Positions 10,965 to 21,285 of a stretch of DNA of 21,285 nucleotides are shown here, piece after piece (within the stretch, counting starts at the first letter, position 1; every line of letters begins with the position of its first letter). The stretch is from Octopus sinensis (Eukaryota): contig NW_021823756.1 in assembly GCF_006345805.1 (NCBI RefSeq), forward strand, positions 1 to 21,285, in the 5' to 3' direction. The translations under genes and the position numbers were made by a program. The notes below the pieces were generated by a model. It searched no databases, was not told the DNA's origin, and saw nothing but the letters and a program-made list of their open reading frames with translations.

Positions 10965-13928
10965 TCATGGAGGCTTTCTAGCAACTGATATTGGTGGCAT
11001 GAGAGAGTTCGATGCAGCTGCCCTCATCTGCCCCTCCTGCCGTGAAGTTGGTTCATCTGGGACACCTGACAGGAAGAGATCTAGCTTCATTTTAAAGACA
11101 TCTGTATCCACCCCATGCAGGTCTCTCAGGTTCTTCGGGAGGATATTGAAGAGCTGTGGGCCTCGGAAGCCCAGGCTATCACAGAATCTTGTCCTACATC
11201 TTGATGGCAGGTTTGGAGTCCTAGGCACCACGCAGTGGCGCCCATTTGGCATTTACGTAACTCTCGATGCCAAAGTTCAGGACACTTCCCTCCAGGATCT
11301 TCCAGATGTATATTATGGCATATCTTTCCCGCCTACGCTCCAGGGAATATAATTTTAATCTCTTGAGTCTTTCCCAGTAGCTTACATTCTGCATAGAGGC
11401 TATCTTCTTTGTGTAGCTTCGTTGGATCGCCTCAAGTTCTGTGATCAACTTGACACTGGATGGTGACCATAGCTGAGAGCAATAGTCAAAGCGGCTTAGG
11501 AAAAGTGTCTTCCAGAGGACCATCATGGTTTCTTGTTCTCTTGTTCTAAAGGTTCTATGAATCCATCCAGCCAGCCGTCTACATTTCATTGTCAGTTTAG
11601 CAACATGTACATGAAAGGTCGCGTCATCACTCATGTGAATACCCAGGTCACGCACTGATTGTGCCTCTGGGATTGCAATCCCTCCGGGTCCAGTGTATTC
11701 ATTGGGTATTGCATTCAGTTTTGCATGCTGATAGTATAAAGCTTGAAACTTTCCAGCATTGAACTGCATGCTATTCTTTTCGGCCCACTTGTATATTTCG
11801 TCAGCTCACATTGCAGGTGTTTAGTGTCCTCAGGGTTCTGTATTGCCTGTGAAACTTTTGTATCATCTGCATAACTTGTGATCGTGGCTCTCTGCGTGGC
11901 TGAGGGCATGTCTGAGAGGGCCATTATGAACAGCAGTGGTCCCAGAACAGTGCCCTGCGGAACACCGCTCACTATTTGTGTGTTGATGGAGGTGGCCCCA
12001 TTGGCTACTACCACCTGACTTCTATCCTTCAGAAAGTCATGAAGCCATTCTCCCAGTTTTCCAACTATGTTGAGATCACGCAGTTTGTGACATATTATTC
12101 CATGATCGACTCTATCAAGGGCCTTTGCAAAGTCGAGATATATCACTTCCACATTTGAGTGGTTGAGCAGCCGTTTCAGCACCCAGTCATAGTGTTGTAG
12201 GAGCTGAGTTAAACAGCTTCTCCCTGGTCGGAAACCATGTTGGGTGTCGGGCAGCAAGTCATTCTCTTCAAGGAAGGTGATCAGCTTCCTTCTGACTATT
12301 CGTTCCATGACCTTGCTGATGTGTGAGGTGAGAGAGATAGGTCTATAGTTCTTGGCTTCCGCTCTGCTACCTCCTTTGTGAATGGGGCATATTTTACCTT
12401 CCTTCAGTTTTCTTGGAAGTTTGCCAGCTGCAAGGAAGCTCTGAAAGAGGAACTGCAGTGGTCTTGCTAGGACTCTCTTACATGCTTTTAGGAGGATTGC
12501 CGGGAATCCATCGGGGCCAGTAGCTGAGTCTGTTTTCATTTCATCTATAGCCTTGGTTACATCGTCTTCCTTTATATCGATGTAATCTATCGTCGCCGCC
12601 TCTGATTTTATATCTGCAGTGGTAAAAAAGTCGGTTGGATGGTGATTTGGAGATGCCCAAGGGGTGGAGTGAAAACACTCTTGAATTGCTCATTCAGTAT
12701 TTCACTTACCCATCATTGGTTTTCCTGTAAGTGTGCCATCCTTTTCGAGGAGTGGCCCTATTCTACAGTGCACTGTAGCTGTTTCTTTGGCATACCTGTA
12801 GAAAGCTCTGGGGTTAGATTTTATGTTTCTATAGCCCAGGCTTCTTTGTCTGCTCTTTCCTTTTTCATGGGAGAGTTGCAGACATTTTTCGATTTCCAAC
12901 AGTTTTATTTTTAGGCGGGACTTTTCACTGCTTTCAATCTGTTTGTTTAGGCGATTTGAAAATTTCGTACGCCGTCTCATTAAAATTTTCCTCTCTCTGG
13001 GGATTTTGTTCTTGTGTACAGTGGCCTTTCTCTCTGGGACACATTTGTAGCATATGGCTTGCATTACAGACATGAATTGTTGAAGTTTCACGTCGATGTC
13101 TGGCGAGGAGAGACATTTAGGCCAGTTTTGTTTGAGGATCTCTTTCTCAATTTGTTTCCAGTTTGCCTTATTGTAGTTCAAGCTGGAAAGATTTTGAGGG
13201 TTTCTTGTAGGCTGCATGTCCGTGCTCTCTTTTGGCCCGTACATGGTCAGCTCTATCATGTTGTGATCCGAGAGTAGTGTCGGTGTCACTTTCACATTAT
13301 GGATGAGATCCATGTCATTTGTGAAGCAGAGATCCAGTGTGTTACCTGCCCTGGTTGGTTGGAGTATTACCTGCTCCATGTACAGGGTGTTGATGAGGTT
13401 CAGGAGGGACCTCGCCTGTCCTCGTTCACATCTTGTCATTCCTGGGAGAGAAAGGCCCTCGGGCCATCTGACATTGGGCAGATTGAAGTCTCCCATAAGA
13501 AGCACACCTATGTGTTGTTCTAATGTGGTTAGAATTTCTTCTATTTTTATAAGGCAGTCTTCAAACTTGCCCACATGGCTTGGGGCATCTGGAGGGCGAT
13601 ATGTAGCACACACAACTACATCAAGTTGCCTAATATGTACAATTAGTGTGTCACACACCGAGTTTGAGTATGACAAGAGGACCTGGGGTGTGAGGTCCAC
13701 GGATGTACATAGCAACACACCTCCATGACTCCTTTCTTTCCTCTCGGTCCGTAGTACAGCATACTGTGGTATGTGTAACTCCGCATCTGCTATGTCCGGT
13801 TTCAGGTGCGTTTCTGTAAGTGCTATGCATAAGGCTTGATTGCATGCAACAAAGTCTCTCAGGAACGGGATCTTTGTCCTGTTACTGTGTGTTTGCAGTC
13901 CTCTGATGTTCAGTAGGAGTATCGAGGT
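10965..13928 (-). pseudogene. LINE ORF2 (apurinic-like endonuclease + reverse transcriptase), broken by several frameshifts
   Basis: APE motifs LLLNIRGL, ALTETHL, HGGV, YRPP, MGDFN, LDLCFTN, SDH. RT motifs GPDG, NYRPISLTS, QHGFRPGRSC, YLDFAKALDRVDH, GVPQGTVLGPLLF, YADD, RDLG, YSLERRRERY. Pieces at 12702-13718, 11715-12539, 11221-11769 and 10965-11252. The indels may be sequencing errors. Confidence 0.95.
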
Positions 13929-14820
13929 GAGGTGTACGTGTTGCCGGCGGTGTCCATCCTGTTTCTGTTTGCTGTGGTGGTCTGGTATATAGTGGGTAGT
14001 CCCACCTGCGGGCTTGGGTTTGATGAAGCCAGGTCAGCTGCTGTACAATCTTTTGTGCCATGCACAAAAAAGATTGTTGCTCAGCAGCTGCTCTTTCGAC
14101 AACATCATGTTGGCTGTTTGTGGCGCGCACAACATCTGCGTACCTCCGCTTTGGGGCAGGTGGTGCGTGGTCCATCCCTTTTCTTTGTGTTGATGGTTTG
14201 TCCATCTGCCTCGTGTCTCTGTGGCAGGGTCCCCGATGTGCAAAGCGGCAGCCTGCACCTTCCTTTCCATGCCAGCAGGAACCTCTCAGGTAGAACATAC
14301 ACACCCGTGTGCGCTGTTTGGTTCCATCCTTTGCGGTTCCACTTCTATTCCTGGTTGTTTCACTCTTTGGTCCTGCTTCAGCTTTTTCTGTTCCTTTAGC
14401 TCTTCCAGTCCTTCTTTTAGTTCTTCTTCCTCCCTCTACCTCTTCACCGGGTTCTCCGTCTCCATGGCCCTTGCTGCCGGTTGGAGAACTTGCACCTGGG
14501 TTCACTTCCCGTGCAGGTTTCTCATTCAAAACCTCCTCCCGGGCGTCCACCAGGTGGGGGTGACTTCTTTCATCGTCTCCATTCTTGCCATCTTTGCCCC
14601 GCTCGTTCTCAAAGATGGCATCAAGTGCGCCAATGTGCGACCGTACAAGCGCATATGAGCGCAGGAATTCCCGTCTCTTTTGCTCCATCTGAGCCGCTGT
14701 CCTCTTGTAGCCTCTGCTCTTCAGCGCAGCCGCAATCACCTCGCTAGGGCTATCTCCGCCGGCGCACTCCCATGCTTGTACGAATAAATCCAGCTCGTCA
14801 GGTCTCCATGCTCTGGACAT
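13882..14820 (-). CDS. LINE ORF1 (312 aa): N-terminal trihelix Myb/SANT-like domain, charged disordered linker, CCCH zinc finger
   Basis: Intact ATG-TAA ORF directly upstream of and overlapping the APE start. Motifs WRPDELDLFVQAW...EVIAAALKSRGYKRTAAQMEQKRREFLRSY, CMFYLRGSCWHGKEGAGCRFAH (C-x7-C-x8-C-x3-H) and YADVV. Confidence 0.85.
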   Translation of the reverse strand: MSRAWRPDELDLFVQAWECAGGDSPSEVIAAALKSRGYKRTAAQMEQKRREFLRSYALVRSHIGALDAIFENERGKDGKNGDDERSHPHLVDAREEVLNEKPAREVNPGASSPTGSKGHGDGEPGEEVEGGRRTKRRTGRAKGTEKAEAGPKSETTRNRSGTAKDGTKQRTRVCMFYLRGSCWHGKEGAGCRFAHRGPCHRDTRQMDKPSTQRKGMDHAPPAPKRRYADVVRATNSQHDVVERAAAEQQSFLCMAQKIVQQLTWLHQTQARRWDYPLYTRPPQQTETGWTPPATRTPHLDTPTEHQRTANTQ

Positions 14821-14879
14821 GCTGGATAATCCGTCTATCCGTTTATCTATCTAATTATGTTCGAGAGAAGACAGGAAGA

Positions 14880-16865
14880 TATTAAGGCTAATTAGAAGAT
14901 AGAGTACTTGAAAAAGAAATATTAACAATATTAAAGTTTGTGTAAAAACGTTATTTGGGTAAAAACGTTATTTAATCTTAAGGCTAATTAGGGGATAGAG
15001 TATCTGAAAATGTATTAGCAATATTATATTATATTAGAGTGTGGATAAAAACGTTGTTTAATCTTAAGGCTAATTAGGAGATAGAGTATCTGAAAATATA
15101 TTAGCAATATTAATATTATATTAGAGTGTGGGTAAAAAACGTTATTTAATCTTAAGGCTAATTTGGAGATAGAGTATCTGAAAATATATTAGCAATATTA
15201 ATATTATATTAGAGTGTGGTAATATTAAATGTTATTAATTTAATCTTAAGGCTAATTAGAAGACAGAGTATCTGAAAAATTATATATACAATATTAAGCA
15301 ATATCAACCGTTATTTAATTTAATCTTAAGGCTAATTAGACGTTATTAATATTAAACGTTATTTAATTTAATCTTAAGGCTAATTAGAAGATAGAGTATC
15401 TGAAAATATATTAGCAATATTAATATTTATTAGAGTGTGGGTAAAAACGTTATTTAATCTTAAGGCTAATTAGGAGATAGAGTATCTGAAAATATATTAG
15501 CAATGTTTATTTATTAGAGTGTGGGTAATATTAAACGTTATTTAATTTAATCTTAAGGCTAATTAGAAGATAGAGTATCTGAAGAATTATTAACAATATT
15601 AAACAATATTAAACGTTTTTAATTTAATCTTAAGGCTATTAACAATAATTATTAACAATATTAAACATATTAAACGTTATTTAATTTAATCCTGAGGCTA
15701 ATTAACAATAATTATTAACAATATTAACAATATTAAACGTTATTTAATTTATCTTAAGGCTAATTAACAGTAATATTAACAATATTAAACGTTATTTAAT
15801 TTAATCCTAAGGCTAATTAACAATAATTATTAACAATATTAAACAATATATAAACGTTATTTAATTTAATCCTAAGGCTAATTAGACGTTATTAATATTA
15901 AACGTTATTAATTTAATCTTAAGGCTAATTAGAAGATAGAGTATCTGAAAAATTATTAACAATATTAAACGTTATTAATTTAATCTTAAGGCTAATTAAC
16001 ATAATAATTATTAACATATTAAACAATATTAAACGTTATTTAATTTAATCCAAGGCTAATTAACAATAATATTAACAATATTAAACAATATTAAACGTTA
16101 TTTAATTTAATCTTAAGGCTAATTAACAATAATTATTAACAATATTAAAACAATATTAAACGTTATTTAATTTAATCCTAAGGCTAATTTGACGGTATCA
16201 ATATTAAACGTTATTTAATTTAATCCTGAGGCTAATTAACAATAATTATTAACAATATTAAACAATATTAAACGTTATTTAATTTAATCTTAAGGCTAAT
16301 TAACAGTAATTATTAACAATATTAAACGTTATTTAATTTAATCCTAAGGCTAATTAACAATAATTATTAACAATATTAAACAATATTAAACGTTATTTAA
16401 TTTAATCCTAAGGCTAATTAGACGTTATTAATATTAAACGTTATTTAATTTAATCTTAAGGCTAATTAGAAGATAGAGTATCTGAAAAATTATTAACAAT
16501 ATTAAACGTTATTTAATTTAATCTTAAGGCTAATTAACAATAATTATTAACAATATTAAACAATATTAAACGTTATTTAATTTAATCCTAAGGCTAATTA
16601 ACAATAATTATTAACAATATTAAACAATATTAAACGTTATTTAATTTAATCTTAAGGCTAATTAACAATAATTATTAACAATATTAAAACAATATTAAAC
16701 GTTATTTATTTAATCCTAAGCTAATTAACAATAATATTAACAATATTAAACAATATTAAACGTTATTTAATTTAATCCTAAGGCTAATTTGACGGTATCA
16801 ATATTAAACGTTATTTAATTTAATCTTAAGGCTAATTAGAAGATAGAGTATCTGGAAAATTATTA
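14880..16865. repeat. AT-rich modular tandem array: 30 copies of the core TAATCYTAAGGCTAATT with alternative modules and a ~534-bp higher-order repeat
   Basis: Cores counted by eye. Modules begin GAAGATAGAGTATCTG, ACAATAATT, GACGTTATT or TGACGGTATC. The diagnostic CCTGAGG variant occurs at 15691 and 16225. Confidence 0.92.
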
Positions 16866-17311
16866 TATCGAGAACAGATATTGAAAATGTAAACAAACAA
16901 AATGACGATCGCAACTTTAACTAAGATGTGGGCCTAAGTGAAAGATAAAATAGAATAATAAATAAAATATGAATAGATGAAATTGATACTTAATCCAACA
17001 ATGTGGTCTGGATTATTTTTTTGGTTTACGGGATTTTTTTCAGGAGAGATGCTTCTTTTTTCTTTCTTGCAGGAGATAACTTGATTCAGTTATTTTTGCA
17101 CCATGTGCGTTTCGGCGAAAATGAAAATTACTGTGTATATGTATATATTTATATATATATTTTTTAAAATATTTTAACCAAAGTGTTGTAGTGATCTCTA
17201 TGACTTAGAGTTTTACTTTTGCAACTACAGTGGGTTATTTCGCCGATCTATGCAAACTTTTTCACAGAGAAAAGCAATAACGTCTCTCTCTGTTAAAAAC
17301 GACGGAACCGG

Positions 17312-17345
17312 ATATATATATATATATATATTATGTATATATATA

Positions 17346-17387
<42 letters not shown>

Positions 17388-17560
17388 ATATATTATATGT
17401 ATATATATAGATATGTATATATATATATAATGTATAATATATATTTATATATATATGTATATATATTGTATATATATGTATATATATATATGTATCTTGT
17501 ATTATATATATGTATATATATATTAGTATATATATATATATATATAGTATATATATATAT
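17312..17560. repeat. (TA)n microsatellite
   Basis: Directly visible. Confidence 0.95.
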
Positions 17561-18316
17561 GAGCTAACAATCGTACTGACTTTCATGGGAACATGTATTT
17601 TTGTGTTGAAACCTTTTGGATTAACTGGTGCTAGAGTGAGCCATATAGTGACCACTCTCTTATATATTTTGTAAAAATATTAAAATATATTATAAAATAT
17701 AATTATCCAGGTTCTCGGAGCACTAGGCCACTTGGTGTTGAATAGACATACTATTAAATTAGTATCTAATTCTCTCACCCTTATTAATTAATTATAATTA
17801 TGCTGCATTTATTTCTAAATGCAGTATTTGTTTTTCCGTGAAAGTTGGGCGCGCTGTTAGTTGGGGCATTTGAATTATAACGTCGGATGTAATCAATTGA
17901 ACCACACGTGTATTTATCGTTATGGTAAAATCTGGCGTGTGATTGAGTGGATTTCATCCAGATAGTTTTGGCTGACGAGCTACAAGTGGATTTTTTTGTA
18001 AGTAAAATACATTTATTCATTAATAGCGAAACAATTGTCCCAAAATAATCGTATTTTTGTTATTTTTTATTTGCCCTGTCCGTGTGAGCTAACAATCGTA
18101 CTGACTTTCATGGAAACATGTATTTTTGTGGTTGAACCTTTTGGATTAACTGGTGCTAGAGTGAGCCATATAGTGACCACTCTCTTATTTTATTTGTAAA
18201 AATATTATATATATTTATAAAATATAATTATCCAGGTTCTCGGAGCACTAGGCCACTTGGTGTTGAATAGACATACTATTAAATTAGTATCTAATTCTCT
18301 CACCTATTATTAATTA
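17561..18316 (+). mobile_element. Retrozyme-like / non-autonomous PLE-related element: 525-bp non-coding unit present in ~1.4 tandem copies
   Basis: Near-identical ~230-bp direct repeats at 17561-17790 and 18086-18316 flank a segment with an intact hammerhead. (TA)n on both sides. Confidence 0.75.
17965..18046 (+). ncRNA. Type I hammerhead ribozyme, fully canonical core
   Basis: GTTTTGG-CTGACGA-GCTA...TAGC-GAAA-C-AATT-G-TC-CCAAAAT: stem I 6 bp + GU, stem II 4 bp closed by G-C, palindromic stem III ACAATTGT, GUC triplet (predicted cut after 18039). Confidence 0.88.
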
Positions 18317-18339
18317 TGTATATTAATATATGTTATAGA

Positions 18340-18378
<39 letters not shown>

Positions 18379-18396
18379 TATATGTATATATATATG

Positions 18397-18433
<37 letters not shown>

Positions 18434-18654
18434 GTATTATAGATGTATATATATATATATATATGTTATATATATATATGTATAATATATATATATATAT
18501 ATCTATTTAATATATGTATATATATATATATATATGTATATTATATATATATGTATTATATATATATAATGTATATATATAGTATATTTATATCTATATG
18601 ATATATATATATATGTTATATATATATATATATATGTAAGATATATATATATGA

Positions 18655-18694
<40 letters not shown>

Positions 18695-18700
18695 TATATA

Positions 18701-18746
<46 letters not shown>

Positions 18747-18781
18747 TATCTATATATATGTATATATATATATGTATATAT

Positions 18782-18812
<31 letters not shown>

Positions 18813-18844
18813 GTATATATATATATATATGTATATATATATGT

Positions 18845-18901
<57 letters not shown>

Positions 18902-18956
18902 TATATATATAATATATATATATATTATAATATGTGTGTGTATATATATATACATG

Positions 18957-18990
<34 letters not shown>

Positions 18991-19000
18991 ATATATATCT
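18317..19000. repeat. Degenerate (TA)n microsatellite
   Basis: Directly visible. Confidence 0.97.
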
Positions 19001-19003
19001 CAT

Positions 19004-19222
19004 ATAAGGGACTAAAGCCATCTGAATATGGCAAGGACAGGGCAGGGTGGTGGGGGTGTTACTGTTCCATTTAGCCCAAGCGAGCATCAACGTCGCCAGA
19101 TAGGCTTGACAAACAGTAACACCCCCACCACCCTGCCCTGTCCCTAGCCATATTCAGATGGCTTTAGTCCCTTATGTATGGAGCAGTTACTGTCTATATC
19201 TCATTTAGATAATTATTATTGC
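19004..19222. mobile_element. Fold-back element: 63/64-bp inverted repeats with a 45-bp spacer and a 47-bp right extension
   Basis: 19004-19066 is the reverse complement of 19112-19175 apart from one substitution and one indel. Confidence 0.75.
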
Positions 19223-19345
19223 TATATATATATATATATTATATAATATATATATATAATAATATATCTATATATATATATAATGTATCTATATATATAT
19301 ATGTATAAGTATATATATAATGTATATATATATATATATTATAGG

Positions 19346-19379
<34 letters not shown>

Positions 19380-19763
19380 ATACTATATATATTGTATATA
19401 TATATACTATATAATAATGTATATATATTATATTTTATATATATAATATTATTATGTTATATATATATATATATATATATGTATTATATATATTTTAATA
19501 TATATATATATTGTATATATATATATATAATATATGTAATATATATATATGATGTATATATATATATGTATATATATATATGATATATATATATATATGT
19601 ATAATATATATAATATAAATAGATATATATCTATCTATATATATGTATATATATATAATATAAATAATATTTATACTATATATATATATATACATATATA
19701 CAATATATGTATATATATTTATAAATATATATATATATGATATATATATATAATATATATATA

Positions 19764-19808
<45 letters not shown>
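19223..19808. repeat. Degenerate (TA)n microsatellite
   Basis: Directly visible. Confidence 0.97.
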
Positions 19809-19809
<1 letters not shown>

Positions 19810-21285
19810 TCTTTTACTCTTTTACTTGTTTCAGCCTCCGGCTGAGGCCATGCTGGGGCACCGCCCTAGTTGCTACCCTCTCTAAGTCCAGTTTGCTGTG
19901 GCTGGCCACTGATCTAAGTGAGAGTTTGTAGCTGCTGCCCTTAGTTTACCCTCGTACCTTGCAGTGGGTTCATCTGGGATCCCGGAAAGCAGCTTGTCTA
20001 GATGTTTTTTGAAAATGTCCACATCCGCATCATGTAGATCTCTTAGTTTTCTTGGCAGTTTGTTGAACAGCTGAGGGGCCCTGAACCCCAGGCTATTACA
20101 GTATCTGCTCCTTACCCTGGATGTGGAAGACGGGACCTTTGGCACCACACAGTGACGTCCTGCACGGGGATTGGAACAGCTCTCAATTCCAAAATCTGGT
20201 GCTAGTCCCTCCAGGATTTTCCATATGTATATCACTGCATATCTCTCTCGTCTTCGTTCCAAGGAGTACAAATTGAGTTCCCTAAGCCTCTCCCAATAGT
20301 TCTCTTCTTTCATGGTGGAAATCCTCTTGGTGAAATGTCTTTGGATTGTCTCAAGCTCTGTGGTTAGTTACACTATGCGGTGACCACAGTTGGGAGCAGT
20401 AGTCCAGGCGGCTTAGAACAAATGTCCTCCATAGTGTCAACATGGTCTCGGCAGTCTCTTGTCCGGAATGTCTCTCAGGATCCAGCCAGTGAGTCGTCTG
20501 CACATTGTCGCCACCTTCGCGATTGTGTGAAGAAAAAGATGCATCGTCACTCATGTCTATCCCCAGGTCCCGTATTGATTTCGATACTGGGATTTCGAGC
20601 CCTCCTGGACCAGTATTTTGTGTTGTAATGTATATGTGTTTACAGCTTGATATTGTAAGGCTTGAAATTTACCAGCATTAAATTGCATGTTGTTGTCTTC
20701 ACCCATTTGTATATGGCATCCAGATCTTGTTGTAAAAGGTCAGCATCAGCTGGGTTTTTGATTGCCTGTGCTACCTTTGTGTCATCAGCATAGATAGTGA
20801 GGGATGTGTTTGTGCTACCAAGGGCATGTCAGAGAGCGCTACAAAAACAGCAAGGGCCCAAGACTGTGCCTGTGGCACCCCGCTTGCATTGGTGTCTTTC
20901 CCGAGAGGGCTCCATTGGCTGCAACCATCTGGCTTCTGTCCTTCAGGAAGTCATGTATCCACTCACCTACTTTTCCTGTTATGCCGAGTCTGAGTAATTT
21001 GTGACATATCACTCCATGGTCGACTTTGTCAAAGGCCTTCGCAAAGTCGAGATATACCACATCCACCTGTGAGCGATCCAGTATTGTTTCAGTACCCAGT
21101 CGTAGTGTTTTGTAACAGCTGCGTAAGGCAGCTTCTTCTGGGCGAAAGCCATGCTGTGGTGTCAGTGAGACGGTTAGTTTTCTCGAGGAACGTGATCAGT
21201 TTTTTCTGATGATTCGTTCTATGACCTTACTTATGTGTGACGTCAGGGAGACTGGCCTGTAGTTTTTGGCCTCTGCTCTACTCCC
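19809..21285 (-). mobile_element. 3' portion of a related but distinct LINE family; runs off the window end
   Basis: YLDFAKAFDKVDHG, YADD (gtcatcagcata), LSRLDYCSQLWSP, YWERLRELNLYSLERRRERY and SGIPDEPT. 3' stem-loop at 19828-19865 and + strand tail (ACTCTTTT)2 next to (TA)n. Confidence 0.93.

Larger units (their letters stand above)
10877..17311 (-). mobile_element. Apparently full-length two-ORF APE-RT LINE (CR1/L2-like group) inserted in (TA)n
   Basis: From the 5' end: unique leader, 2-kb array, ORF1, ORF2 (APE+RT), short 3' UTR with a stem-loop, tail (GATT)5 on + strand at 10877-10896. (TA)n on both flanks. The 5' boundary is inferred; it could be ~17134, or the array may not belong to the element. 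Confidence 0.8.

Noticed and set aside
10965-13928. Programmed frameshifting to explain the multiple ORF2 breaks
   Set aside because: Indels are scattered through all elements in the window, consistent with decay or long-read consensus error.
10891-14747. Plus-strand ORFs antisense to LINE ORF1/ORF2 (e.g. 10891-11352, 13303-13728, 13932-14399, 14221-14658)
   Set aside because: Shadow ORFs of coding sequence with no recognisable motifs.
14880-16865. CRISPR-like appearance (constant repeat plus variable spacers next to an RT)
   Set aside because: The spacers are a few re-used, related modules and not unique sequences. There are no cas genes and the context is a eukaryotic LINE.
17095-17311. 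HDV-like or hammerhead ribozyme at the LINE 5' end
   Set aside because: Stems exist but the catalytic consensus could not be fitted. Kept only as an unclassified structure.
17561-18316. LTR retrotransposon or TRIM
   Set aside because: The direct repeats lack clear TG...CA termini, and no primer-binding site or polypurine tract is evident. The internal hammerhead favours a retrozyme/PLE origin.

Overview
Repeat-saturated eukaryotic genomic DNA with no host gene. It is most likely from an octopus or other cephalopod; this is inferred from the SINE/LINE tails and the very high (TA)n content. The window is a mosaic of about 14 mobile-element pieces, nearly all separated by degenerate (TA)n tracts. 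(1) Four APE-RT non-LTR retrotransposons of the CR1/L2-like group share a 3' stem-loop but have different tails. One appears full-length (minus strand, ~10877-17311): its ORF1 has a trihelix Myb/SANT-like domain plus a CCCH zinc finger, its ORF2 is frameshifted, and a ~2 kb modular higher-order array lies upstream. (2) Two copies of a Neptune-type Penelope-like element (RT, with GIY-YIG retained in one copy). (3) Six type I hammerhead-ribozyme motifs in five different sequence contexts, each just upstream of a (TA)n tract. One lies in a non-coding 525-bp, ~1.4-copy tandem unit that looks like a retrozyme. (4) Two SINE fragments, a near-perfect fold-back element and two unclassified inserts. 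The Tyr/Ile-rich ORFs in the ORF track are microsatellite artefacts. All structures were read by eye; no searches or folding programs were run.
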